NCBI RefSeq assembly: GCF_048593235.1
Contig: NC_133620.1
Location: forward strand, 458,271,261-458,335,260
DNA from: Sminthopsis crassicaudata
Taxonomy: Eukaryota
Length of the DNA: 64,000 nucleotides
Direction of reading: 5' to 3'
Made by a program: the position numbers and the translations under genes. The first letter of the stretch is position 1, and the number at the start of each line of letters is the position of its first letter. The notes under the pieces were generated by a model. That model did no database searches and had not been told where the DNA came from. It saw nothing but the letters and a program-made list of their open reading frames with translations. Shown here in pieces: positions 1 to 11,934 of the stretch.

Positions 1-439
1 TTTTTTAAAGCTAGCTAGCTCATGATGAGATAGTTCTGTTTCTTCCCTTGCCATTTCCAGTGGCAAATACCTAATAAGAAGTCCTTAATGAAGGTGTTTG
101 GATTGGGGTTCTATCCCCCCACATTTAGTTCCATGATGACTAAATATTAACTGGAAAATGTTTCTATTCATGGAGTCGGAATATTTGTACATGTGCCTTA
201 ATTTAAAGGGAAGGCCCAACCCAGGCAGTGAGAGGGTGGGAACCCAAAGACAATTAGTCACCAGAAATGCCGTGGGGAAGGAGGCTCAGGTTCAAGGGGA
301 GGGATGGCTGGGAGCCGCTCTTCTGCTCACCTGGGGGCCTCCCGTGACTGCACTGGGCTCCCTTTTTTCTCCTCGTGAGTCCACGGGAGCCATGGAGCGA
401 GCTTCAGCGATTTATTAAATATAGTCCTCCAGGACTCGT

Positions 440-1270
440 CCTCTTAATGAGTCACCAGAATGGTGATATGTAGGCCACTCTCCCCACGCCTAATTATACA
501 GCACCAGATAGGAAAGCAGAATAGAAAGTGGGTGGCTCTGCAGACAGCCTGGCCCATGGGGGAGGCGCCGGCTCTGGACCCAAAGGGCTTCTGGGCCTGT
601 GGCCCACGGTCCTGGTGGCCCCTCTGGACCTCATCTCATCCCTCTCCATCTTTCCCAGTCTCAGGCTTTCCTCATCAGGGCCTTGGCTTTAAGTCTCTCC
701 TGTCCCTTCTGACCCGGCTCTATCACCCTGCTTCCCAGGACTCCAGAATAACCGGAGCCGAAGAGACGCCTTTTGCTGGTGTTGTCATTTTAGAAAGCCC
801 AACTCAGAGGGAGAGGAACTTTTCTAAGGAGAAAGGTGACGGGGTTCGAGGGGATGCCCCTTTCCATGGGATGGAGTCATTTCTGGGGAAGGGCCAATTA
901 GGTCATTAGAACCAAGAGCATCAAAGTGCTGGCAAGAGAACTGTTGGATCCGATGCAGGCCTAAGGTGGTGGGTACTAGACCAAGTGTCCTGATTGGCTC
1001 CTGCTGCCCTCTTAAATGGGCACACCCTGGGCCTACCTGGTTCCCAGAGAAGCAGGGTCAGGAGGGAGGCTGGCAGTGAATCATTTGTCTCGGGTCAAGC
1101 CCCTTTCCCACACTGGGTGGGTGACTGCCAGCTGATACCTCCTCCGGCTAAGGAACAGAGAGGAATTCTACCTTAAAAAGGGAACCACCTGCTGAGTCAC
1201 TGAGGAGGCAGCATGGCGGGTCAGGGAAAGTTCCTGGCCAGGCTGAGGAAGAGCGAGCTTGAGTCATGGC
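440..1270. promoter_or_regulatory. AP-1/ARE/NF-kB motif cluster (enhancer candidate)
   Basis: TGAGTCA at 448, 1193 and 1260; TGCTGAGTCAC (NRF2/Maf ARE) at 1190-1200; GGGAAAGTTCC at 1224-1234. Confidence 0.45.
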
Positions 1271-2144
1271 TGGCTGGTTACCACAGGCCCCTGGAGGAAT
1301 GAAGGTGTTCCCTCCCTCTTGCCTTATCCTGACACCCTCAGCTCCAGGCTCTGCCCAAGGTGATTATCTCTAACCCTCCTTTTGGTGCTAGAATCTGGAT
1401 TCCCATGGGAACTTTTACTGGGGCTTAGGAAGGAGAGGGAACATACATACCAGAACTATGGAGGAAGATCCAGGCAGGAGTAGAAGGGGGACAGCTCCCC
1501 GAAGCAATGTGGTCCTTTTGGGGGCCCTGACCCTTTCCTTCCATGCCATGCTGTCTCCACTTGGTCCTGCTTCTCCAAACCTAGAACCCTAGATCAATGC
1601 TGGCTCTAGAACCTGCCCAGACCCAGGTTTCTAGTCTGTTTTCTGGCCCTCTCTCTCTCCTCTGTCTCTGAGTTTCTCTCTGTCTCTGTCTCTGTTTTTG
1701 TCTCTGTCTCTCTGTCTCGCAGGCCTTCCATGGACTCTCCCTCCTCTTCTCCTGTCTGTTTTTTTTTTTTTTTTTCTCTTTCTCTCTCTTGTCTTCCCTC
1801 ACTTCTGGGAAGCTTTTTGAGGGCAGGGGCTTCCTTGCTTTTATCTGTATTCTCAGCACATTGTAAGCCTTTGAATAAACACTTTATCTCCAGGAGAAAA
1901 AAGAAATCTTATCTTACCTTCAGTATATCTGTAGCCTCATTATCCTGCCCCCCCCTCCTTCCAGGCCAATCAACCAACTCAAACCTTCAGGGACCAAGCA
2001 ACTGCCATCTATGCCCATGTCTATCAAGGGGTCTGCCCAACCATCTGGAATGAGGGTCTTTCTCTATTCACTTACTTAGCTTTAGGAGTACCATCAACAC
2101 ATAGAAGCCAGCAAGACTCCTGTACAAATCCAGCCATATTAGGG

Positions 2145-2320
2145 GTGTGATGCTGAGCGAGTCTCTTAACTGCTGCCTGCCTCAGTTTCTGCATCTGCAA
2201 AACAGGGATGGTGAGAGCACCCAGCTCAGAGGATCATTGGAAGGATGACGCAAACTCAAGCAAGCTAATGCTCATAAAGTGCGTTGCAAACCTTGGGGGC
2301 ACTATGTGAATGGTGCTACC
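2145..2320 (+). mobile_element. MIR-family CORE-SINE fragment
   Basis: CORE sequence cctcagtttctgcatctgcaaaacaggg followed by a MIR-type tail. Confidence 0.7.
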
Positions 2321-2597
2321 CCTATTTCTCACAGCTGGGTCTCCCGACACAATTCTCCCAATTCCACTATTGGTCTGGCTCTCTTTGACACCTTTCATAT
2401 AGCTTCCTTTACTCCTATTCATTGTTGCTAAAATATTATGGCTTGTTTATACGCTGAGTACTTTTTGTTGTTTTACATCAGATAAAATCCGCATTTCCCG
2501 TCAAAGGCTGCAACAAATACCAAGAGTTGAAAATGGATTTTGTCCAACTGGGCACTCCCCCTGCAGTCAACATGTTGTACAAGGCAACTTGTCTATC

Positions 2598-2825
2598 TTT
2601 GTTGTTCTCAACCATGTCCGACTCTCCGTGACCCCCTTGGGAGTTTTCTTGGTTGGCCATGTCCTTTTCCAGCTCGTTTGACAGATGAGGAAACTGAGGC
2701 ACATAGGGTGAAGTGACTGGCCCAGGGTCACCCAGCTAGGAAGTGTCTGAGGCTGGATTTGAACTCAGGAAGTTGAGTCTTCCTGATTGATTCCCAGCCC
2801 GGTGGTCTGTCCACTGTGGCACCCC
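2598..2825 (-). mobile_element. MAR1-type SINE
   Basis: CORE acagatgaggaaactgaggc plus the reverse of the MAR1 tail (gactctccgtgacccc...gttttcttgg). Confidence 0.75.
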
Positions 2826-4129
2826 ATCTTTTGGCAGGTGATCTTGGCGGGTTGCTGTAGCGGAGTTCCCTTAACTTTCACCCAATCCCATGAGCCTGTG
2901 AGCCTCCTGGATTAGTCTTCAAATGATCAGCATTTAATCCTTTACCGAGACTGAAGTCTTGGGCCCTTGATTTATGCCAGTCAGTGCCAGAGCTAGGCCA
3001 GCCTTGAATGGCTCGTAAAATAGTGGCGACTGCTTCAAGCACTGAAGGAAAACTTTGGTGAAGGCAAAGTAACAATTAATTTTCATAATTTCTGAGTGTT
3101 TGTCTTGTTGGGTCTGGGTTTAACAGAACCTTAGCTTTGTACAATTAAACTCCCATTAATGCAATTAAAAGGAACCTCAAAGATCATCTACGTTTCTTAT
3201 TTCACAGATAGGGAAACTGAGGCCACAGAGTCTCAGTATGTACCCAAGATCATACCAGTTATGAGACAGTACGAGAAATGTTTCCAGTTGGGTCCAAGCT
3301 GGTCTCAATTTTTTTGAAGGGTGAAATTAAAAGATCCAAGACTTTTCTAAGCTGAGTTCATCAATCTGACACTGGGACTAGATTCTGCGATGTAGGAAGT
3401 CCCACGTGAGGAAATTCCTTCTCCCAGTGAGGTGGGTCCCTTCTCAGAAATGTCTGAGAGTTGTCTGGGAGCACTGAGAGGTTGAGTGCCTTCCCAGGGT
3501 CCCCAGGCCACTACGTCTTAGAGGCTGGGCCTTAAATGCTCCATGGGGTGAGGTTCTCCATGACTCTCCTTGGGGTAAGAATGCTACTGGGAAGTAACTC
3601 TGTGAGTTGGAAAATCAATGAAAGAATGACAAAATTAGAAGTTGACTATATCTCTTTCACCACTATGAACAGACAATGTAGAATTGTCCAAATAAGAAAC
3701 TCCTCCAGAGTCTTCTAAGACAGCAGTGAAGAGGGCTGCGGATGGCCTGGGAGGCCGTGGAGGACTTCTACTTCTTCTGCATGTGCCCATGCTCTAAAAG
3801 CTCCATAGCACCTGCTTCGGCCTTCATGGCCTGCTCATGGCCGCCCTTTCTGCCGCCGGAAGTCTTCAGATACTTGAGGGAGACCTTCCCTGACTCGCCT
3901 GCTGGTTACCCTCAGCCTGTCTGCTGAGAAGGTTTCCTCAGGGCCCGGCCATTGAACACACTTCAGCTTCTTCAGCCACAATATTACATTATATATTCAT
4001 ATAAATACATATGTTTATGTAAACCGTTTATATATAATAATATGTTTATAATAAATACATAATAATATAATAAATAATAATTACATATAGTACATATGTT
4101 TATATAAGCCTAATAGAACAGGTGGCTAT

Positions 4130-4800
4130 AGGATATTAACAAACAATTGACAAAAAAATCACATACAGACACATAAAGGAACGAGCCATATCACTACTAA
4201 TTAGAAAAATCCAAATCCAACCCCCGAGATTTCACCTCCCACCTTAGATTGGCAAAAATAACAGTATGGAAGTAAGCAACGTGGAGGGAGGGGGTGCTGT
4301 GGGCAGACAGGGCCCCGTATGTCTTTTGTGCCGCTTTTGGAACCATTTAGGAAAGCAGATTGTTGTTACGCAATAAAGCGATTAAGCTATGCGTGCCCTT
4401 TGCCTCAGAGCTTCCTCTGTTGCATTTTTTTTCCCCAAATAGGTCACTCACACAGGCCAAAATAGTTATTTATTTATCTATTTTGCTTGTCTGGGATCAC
4501 ACCGCAACGTGTGCCAAAATATTTAGGACATGCTTTTCAGAGTGGCAAAGAAATGGAGACTAGGAATGGCTGGCTGTGAATGGAAGGGATATTACCGGGC
4601 TAGGAGAAATGAGGAATATGATGAATACAGAGAAAGAAGATAAAAGATATGCAAATCAAGATAAAAATGTAAATCACACACAGATGAATGGGGCCCCAAA
4701 GAAGAGATACTGAAGAGGTGGGGAGGTCCAAAGAGATGGCAAACTACATATATCATTAGACTTTCTGGATGACCTGATTGGTCTTGCTCATTTCTTTTTC
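4130..4800 (+). mobile_element. Old L1 3' fragment
   Basis: Degenerate ORF2 C-terminal sequence (cactactaattagaaaaat...agattggcaaaaat). Confidence 0.55.
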
Positions 4801-4820
4801 TAAGAAATAAAGATATTTTA

Positions 4821-4979
4821 GGGGCAGCTAGGTGGCGCCGTGGATAGAGCACCAGACTTGCAGTCTGGAGGACCTGAGTTCAAATTTGACCTCAGACACT
4901 TAACATTTCCTAGCTGTGTGACCCTGGGCAAGTCGCTTAACCCCTATTGTCTCTCAGAGAGAGAGAAAGAAAGAAAAAC
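4821..4979 (+). mobile_element. WSINE1-type tRNA-derived SINE
   Basis: ggggcagctaggtggcgccgtggatagagcacc...gagttcaaat (A/B boxes), body and A-rich tail. Confidence 0.88.
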
Positions 4980-5825
4980 ATTTCATGAGCTGAGGGAGTA
5001 GAGGAGGAATATTAGAAGAAATTTTAGTCATGTGAAAAAGACAGAAGATACAACACAACTTTTTAATTTTGTTTTTGTTTTAAGAAAATAGATAAGAGAC
5101 ACAAAGAAGCAGCACTAACCAACAGCCTGGCTATCTTTGATTATAGAAGTGTATACAGAACATTCTCTGCAAGGGCACTGGACTGGAAGTTGGGAGAGCT
5201 GAGTTCTAGTCTCGCCTCCGAGATTTATGTATCATATTACTATAGATTTGAAACTAGAAGCTAGTCCAACCTCTCAGACCAGAAGAGGGGGAGCGCCTGG
5301 CTCAAGATCACACACAAGCTAATGGCAGGTCACAGATGGACCACCTGGACCCAGACCTGGAGGGGGCCCAGGGACCATCTAGTCCAACTCGATCCTTTAC
5401 AGATAAGCAAACTGAGGCTTGGGAAGAGTAACAGAGGTTTGTTAAGAGGCGCTTTTACTTCTTCTCTTTCGCCAGTCATGTGACTTCAGACAAAAAACAC
5501 TTTCTGGGCCTCAGTTTCCCCAAGTGAGGAGAGAGGACCAATGGGCTGCTGGGGTGTCTTCCAGACCAGGCCTGAACAGACCCCGTGATGCTCAGAGAGG
5601 AGCCTGGCTCAGGGATGCCCAGGGCCTGCCTCAATGTCCTCCTCTGAAAAAGGAGGGGGTCGGAGCAGAGGGACTGCCCCCCCCAGCTCTGGCCCTCTGC
5701 TTTCCGGCTCTTATCGTTCCAAGATCTGATTAAACATCATTGGATAGGTCCTGAGGAGGAGGGGCTATGCTGAGGCATTCCGGGAGAGAGACAGAAACAG
5801 TTAATGACATAGATAATTATTATAG

Positions 5826-6495
5826 GCAAAGCACTCTGCAGCCCTCAAAGTAATATATACCTATCAGCCATTATTATTATTAGAGATGTTCTGATAGACA
5901 TATGAATATATAACATGCAAAGCACTTACAGATCTGGAAGACCTACACATACACTAACTACTGTTATTGTGAGAGTTAACGGGCAAACGGCCTTGTCCAT
6001 CACGGGAAAGCGCTATTATTAGATGCAGAGGCAGATACAGCTGAATGTAAAGCACTCCGCAAATCTGAAAGGCCCATAGGAATCCCAGCTACCGGCAAAC
6101 GGCCTTGTCCATCTTAAGGCGCTATTATTAGATACTCTGATAGATACGTGATTACAACATATGCAAAGCACTTTGCAGATCTGGAAGGCCCAGGTGAATT
6201 TCAGCTACTACTAATATTAGAGTTAACAAACTGCCTTGTCCATCACGGGAAAGCGCAATCAGGCGCAGAGGCAGACGCCGCTCCTTGAGAAGCGCTCTGC
6301 AAACCTCCAGACGTCCGGATTGGATCCCACCGAGTGAGCGCTTTATGCATTTAGTGACGGCGGCGAGGTAGCACTACCGGTATTCTATATTGCTTTAAGG
6401 TTCGAAAAGTGCTTTAAAAGACATTACAAGCTAGTTGCAAAGTGCTTTGCAAACCTTAAAAGGTTATATAAATAGCATTAGTCATTATTATTATT
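5826..6495. repeat. Degenerate tandem array (about 90-130 bp unit) of MIR/MAR-tail-derived sequence
   Basis: gcaaagcact...gcagatctggaagg recurs at about 5827, 5917, 6047, 6163 and 6288. aaacggccttgtccatcacgggaaagcgc recurs at about 5985, 6097 and 6227. Confidence 0.7.
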
Positions 6496-6779
6496 AGGTG
6501 GACAGGCTGATATCTGTCAAAGTAGAAGGACGGATGGACGACTGCACTTGTTAAGCCACTCACTTTAAGATAGCTCATCTAAGTCCTTTAGCTCCGTCGC
6601 TAAGCATGCTGGGATCGGTAGTTCGGGCGGATCCTTAAGCCGCGAAAAGTCCCGCGAGAGGATATTGAGGCGAGAAAGCACGTGGAGCGAGAGCGCCCTT
6701 CCCCCCTTAAAGATTCTACCAGGAGGGCGGGGGCTGAGTCGCCAACTCAATCTCCCGGAGAGGGCTTTTCTGGCTTGTG

Positions 6780-6960
6780 ACTAGGTGGGAGGGCGTTAGG
6801 GGGAGACAGGTGACATAAGTCGGACGACTATTGGTTGAGCGCTCTGTGACGCAGGACGAGGGGCGGGAAGCGTAGGTCCCTCCCCCTCGGCTAAGCCAAT
6901 GGTCGCCCCGGGCTCCTGTCACGTGGGGGGCCCCTAACTCACGCGAAGTGTATTGGGGCC
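6780..6960 (+). promoter_or_regulatory. NUPR2 proximal promoter within CpG island (about 6250-7620)
   Basis: CCAAT/ATTGG boxes (about 6830, 6896, 6952), GTCACGTG E-box (about 6918-6925), TGACGCA half-CRE (about 6846) and GC boxes. Confidence 0.6.
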
Positions 6961-6978
6961 CCCTAGTGCGCCCCCGGG

Positions 6979-7317
6979 ATGGAGAGGGAAGCGGAGCGGC
7001 AATTGACACCGCCCCCGCCGCAGTCCCCGCCGCCAGTTCTGTTCCTGCCCCTGGCTCGGCAGAAGTCACAGGAAGAACTGCCGTTGGGGAGCTTCGAGGA
7101 GGAGCACTACGACTGCTACGATTACTACAACCTGCGGGAGAGTCCGCTCCGCGGGCCCGGCTGGAGCAAGGGCCGCACCCGGCGGGAGCGGGAGCTCCGC
7201 ACCAACCGCCCGGTTCCCGCGGGCCATGAGCGGAAGATCGCCCAGAAACTGTACAACAGTCAGCGGAAGCGGCGCCAGCACCAGCTGCAGCCCCGGCCTC
7301 GCACCCGCCTCTGCTGA
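6979..7317 (+). CDS. NUPR2: Nuclear protein 2, transcriptional regulator (NUPR1-like), 112 aa, single coding exon
   Basis: ORF contains FEEEHYDCYDYYNLR...SKGRTRRERELRTNRPVPAGHERKIAQKLYNSQRKRRQHQLQPRPRTRL, matching the p8/NUPR family. It lies in a CpG island upstream of CHCHD2, as in human and mouse. Confidence 0.93.
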   Translation: MEREAERQLTPPPPQSPPPVLFLPLARQKSQEELPLGSFEEEHYDCYDYYNLRESPLRGPGWSKGRTRRERELRTNRPVPAGHERKIAQKLYNSQRKRRQHQLQPRPRTRLC

Positions 7318-7669
7318 GGGGGGCGGCCTCCCGCTCCCCTCGTTCTGCGCCCCGGTCACGGTGCGTGTGCGCGGCCCGGCCCCGGCGGGGTGGGGGGCGC
7401 CCGCTTCCCCCTCCCTCGGCCCGAGCCCCATGAGCTCGGTCCCAGCTGCCGAGGTCCTCGTTTTTCACATGGAGAAACTGAGCCTAAGAGTTCAGGGAGC
7501 GGCCCAAGGTCACATAGGCCCGCCCGCAGGGGCCTTCTCCTGGGGCCCGGTACCCAGCACGTGCATCCTAAATGCCGCAGGCTTCCGTCCCCGAAACTCC
7601 TGCCACCCCGTCCCCCCAGCCTCCCTCCCTGAGGACGCCCCCATCACCTGTTTGTCTAATTTTTTGCAG

Positions 7670-7880
7670 GACACACAAAGGACACGTTAAAGTCTTATCT
7701 CTGACTCCAGCTGTAACTGTTGCCATAAGGAAAGAGAGTCCATGGGGGTCCCCAGGGCGCTCTCGGGGCCTCGGTGCCTTTGGGCTTTGAGCCGGCCCTT
7801 CAGTAAGATCTGTGTTCAGTCCCTGGGACTGTATCTTCTCTTTAGGATTCCTCATTAAAGGAGAGCAGCAAGAATGGCTT
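7670..7880 (+). other. NUPR2: Putative NUPR2 non-coding 3' exon
   Basis: Donor ACG|GTGCGT at 7360/7361, acceptor TTTTTGCAG|G at 7669/7670, ATTAAA at 7854-7859. Confidence 0.5.
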
Positions 7881-8623
7881 TTCAACTCTTCTCTTTTGGT
7901 CAGTTAATGTTACTCCGAGCACAAAAGTGGTTATAAAATAGGTGCTTATATGGCATTGATGAGATTATGCAAAGTGCTACTCTGCAGCTTAGGCACCAGA
8001 ATAATAAAGATCAAATCTGTTCTTGTTCCACGGAGCACTTGTGCTTGTACTTTTTCAGCACTCCTCATGTGTTGTTGGCGGAGTAAGAGGGATCTGTGGG
8101 TACCCTGCCCCTTAACGGCCCCGTCTGTAAAAGTAGCACGAGTGATCTCTAAAGGCCTAATCTAGGGCAGCTGGGTGACTTCCGGTCCAGCCACAGACAC
8201 TTCCCAGATGTGTGACCCTAGACAAGTCACCTCCCTGATTGCCTGTTTCCTCATCTGTCAGATGAAGTGGAGAAGGAAATGGCAAATCCCTCCAGTATCT
8301 CTGCCAAGAAAACCCCATCTGGGGTCATGAAGAATTGGATAGAATTAAATTAAAAATTTTAAAACATTGAAATGATGCTTAGAATTACTATGCAAAATAC
8401 TTCACTCCAAGGCTAATGTGATGAAATAAAAACACCTTTTAAAAAATAACTTTAAAAATAGATATTTTAATTAATTTCCCAGAGGCCAAGATAAAGTTTG
8501 TTTTTATGTGACTAAGAATTCTGGATTCTCAGAAGCGTTTGTTTTAAAGCTTTGTGCTTTTGTCCCCTGCTATTGGGCACTATTTAACCCTAGTATTTCT
8601 AGGGATGAAAGATAAAGGATAAG

Positions 8624-8753
8624 AGAGCAGCTAGGTAGTGCAGTGGATAGAGCACCAGCCCTGAAGTCAGGAGGATCTGAGTTCAAATCTGCTCTCAAGA
8701 CACTTAACATTTCCTACCTGTATGACCCTGGGCAAGTTACTTAATCCCAATTG
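8624..8753 (+). mobile_element. WSINE1-type SINE
   Basis: gcagctaggtagtgcagtggatagagcaccagccctgaagtcaggagg...ttaatcccaattg. Confidence 0.85.
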
Positions 8754-9202
8754 TGATAATAAATCATGAAATTACACTGATTAAATGTGGCAAAATTTTT
8801 TCTATCTTATGGTGAGTCTTTCTTCTGTTAGATTTATATAGCATCTCCCACCTTCTGATAGCCAGGATGGGCTTAAAGTGGAGACATGGAGACAGACAGT
8901 GGGGATTTTGCTTTGCTTTGACTTTGCTTATTAATTAGAAGAGGTTTGGGTTGTGTTAAAGGGAAAGAAAATAAATGCTTGCTAACTGAAATAAAATTTC
9001 TATATCCTCATTCCTCACCATAATGCCCTAGATTTAGTTTCTGGTCTTAAATATAGCCAGTTAGGAAGTTGATTTTTTCATTTTGAAGAATCCTTGCCTG
9101 CAACAGTATGTTTTATGCGTTCCTTCCTCTCTGTTTCTCCAGATGATACCCTAATCTAGTCCAGGCAGGCTCACCACTTTCAAATTGAGTTTAACAACAT
9201 AC

Positions 9203-10160
9203 TTTTTTTATATATATAATTATAATTTTTTATTGACAGAACATATGCATGGGTAATTTTTTTTTACAACATTATCCCTTGCACTCACTTCTGTTCTGAT
9301 TTTTCCCTCCACCCCTTCCCCTAGATGGTAAGCAGTCTCATTAATGTTAAATATGTTACAGTATATCCTAGATACAATATATGTGTGCAGAACCGAATAG
9401 TTTTCTTGTTGCACAGGAAGAATTTGATTCAGAAGGTAAAAATAACCTGGGAAAAAAACAAAAATGCAAACAGTTTACACTCATTTCCCAGTGTTTCTTC
9501 TCTAGGTGTAGCTGATTCTGTCCATCATTGATCAATTGGATCTGAATTAGATCTTCTCTTTGTCGAAGATAATCCACTTCCATCAAAATACATCCTCATA
9601 CAGTATTGTTGTTGAAGTGTATAATGATCTCCTGGTTCTGCTCATTTCACTCGGCATCAGTTCATGTAAGTCTCTCCATGCCTTTCTGAAATCCTCCTAT
9701 TGGTCATTTTTTACAGAACAAGAATATTCTATCATATTCATATACCACAATTTACCCAGTCATTCTCCAATTGATGGGCATCCATTCATTTTCCAGGTTC
9801 TAGCCACTACAAAAAGGGCTGCCACAAACATTTTGGCACATACAGGTCTCTTTCCCTTCTTTAGTATTTCCTTGGGATATAAGTCCAGTAGTAGCACTGC
9901 TGGATCAAAGGGTATGCAGAGTTTGATAACTTTTTGGGCATATTCCAGATTGCTCTTCAGAATGGTTGGATTCATTCACAACTCCACCAACAATGCATTG
10001 GTGTCTGTTTTCCTGCATCCCCTCCAACTTTCATCATTATCTTTAACTGTCATCTTAACCAATCTGACAGGTGTGTAATGGTATCTCAGAGTTGTCTTCA
10101 TTTGCATTTCTCTGATCAATACTGATTTTGGAACACTTTCATATGAATGGAAATAGTGAA
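9203..10160 (-). mobile_element. L1 3' fragment (ORF2 C-terminus plus 3'UTR)
   Basis: Minus ORF ...KLCIPFDPAVLLLDLYPKE...CAKMFVAALFVVARTWK is the L1 ORF2 end; marsupial L1 3'UTR and poly(T) follow. Confidence 0.9.
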
Positions 10161-10496
10161 ACGTATTATTGGTAGGATGTAACATGTACACAAGGAATGA
10201 ATTCAGATCATATATAGACAATAATTTATGAAGTAAGCCATTGTGGGAGATACACCTTAGCTTTAAATACTTTTAAGGAAAATTTGGGCAGAAGGCTGTG
10301 TGGTTTTGTTCTCCCTAATAACTGTTCATGTTCTACCTTTCCTGATTCAAAAATATTCTCTTGAAAGGAGGACTCAAAAAACAAAATAAGCTATCTGGTA
10401 GGTTCTAACTGCTCCCCTACCTTGGGTCTTGTCTTTTTCCTTCTCTATTCCAAAGATGTCACTGCTATGTCAATTTTCTCAGCATCTGTGTAACAC

Positions 10497-10720
10497 AGTG
10501 CACAGAGCACTGGGCCTGGAGCCAGGAAGACTCCTCTTCCTGAATTCAAATAATGGCCTCAGATATTTATTAGCTGTGTGACTGGACAAGTCATTTCACT
10601 CTGCCTCAGTTTCTTCTGCTAAATGAAGCTGGAGAAGGAAATTGCAAATTACTCCAGTGTCTTTGCCAAGAAAACCCCAAATGGGATCACTCAAAGTCAG
10701 ATATGACTGAAACAATAAAA
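10497..10720 (+). mobile_element. MAR1-type SINE
   Basis: CORE followed by ggagaaggaaattgcaaattactccagtgtctttgccaagaaaacccc. Confidence 0.8.
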
Positions 10721-11934
10721 CAATTTTTAAAAGCATTGTTTGTGTCATGAAGCTTCTTTATGTAAAAAGCTGTAATGGCTTTCCAGATGATACTCTCCAT
10801 CATCTGGTCCTGTCCCAAGTGGCCAACCTTGCCCAAACTCCGACAGCTTCTTCCCATCCATCTATCCATGGGCTTCCTTACTGGACCCAGAATATATTTC
10901 CCTGAGTCCCCCCCTTTACCCCTTTTTTATCTAGCTAAATCTGATCTGATTAAGGTGTTTTGCCACCCTGGTTCCTTCAAGGTTCCCTTCAAGCCATCTT
11001 GGATTCAATTTGTATACTTTTATGTTTAGAATTGTACATTTTCATGGCACCCCCCCCTCCATGTGTGAAATCTCCTGAAGGGCAGGAATTGTCATTTTTT
11101 GTCTATATCTCCTGGATTTAGAGGCAGTGTGCGTAGAGAGTTGGCCAGATTTTGGAAAGGGGCATTTTAAGTCAAAGTGACTCATATTGGTTAGGTAAAT
11201 GACCTTGGGAAAGTTGGTGCTCTTTAGTGGAAGGAATTGCCTCATCCAGGAGTTCCCTAACTCAGGGCACAGCACATTGGCACATAGAGAACAATTAACA
11301 AAAGTTCATTGATTGGTGGTGGGAAAATCTAAGCATGCCAGCCCCCTACCTAGTAGAAGGAAACCAGTATACTTATTTCAAACAAAAAAAAGATGGGGAG
11401 GGGAGGATGAGGATCGGGTTCTAGTATGGAAAGAGCTGGCCTGTGGAAAAGGCTTTTATGATCTTTATTTTTTGATTATTAAACCAACAAACTATTGGAT
11501 GCCTACTCTATGCCAAATGCCGTGCTAGGTGCCAATATGAATACAAAGAGAAATGAAGTTGCTGTGAGGAAGATTTTCCTTGACTTCAAGCCCAAACCAT
11601 CTTAACAAGCAGATCTACTGAATAGTCATAAAAGATTTGGCATAGAAAAATAACTTTTCTCCCCAAACTTCAATAGTATTTAATTTTATGATTACATGTA
11701 AAGACAATTTTTAATATTAACTTTTTGAAAGATTTTGAGTCCCAAATTTTTTCCTTCCTCCTACTCTATCCCCTCCCCAAGATAAGCTATCTGATACTGT
11801 ATACTTGTGCCTCACATAATACATATTTCCACATTAGTCATGTTGTGAAAGAAACAGAAAAGGAAAAAACTACCCACACACACACCTGACCAAAAGTGAA
11901 AACAGTATGCTTCTGTTTTCAGACTCCATCTACT

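Noticed and set aside
1430-1990. Possible solo LTR or 3' terminal exon (CT-rich tract plus AATAAA at about 1873)
   Set aside because: No clear TG...CA ends, TSD, or upstream coding exon.
4821-4890. tRNA-like A/B boxes here and in other SINE heads
   Set aside because: They belong to tRNA-derived SINEs; there is no cloverleaf.
6716-7690. Long overlapping GC-rich ORFs (250 aa minus, 154 aa plus and others) around NUPR2
   Set aside because: These are by-products of stop-poor CpG-island sequence with no family similarity. Only 6979-7317 matches a known protein.
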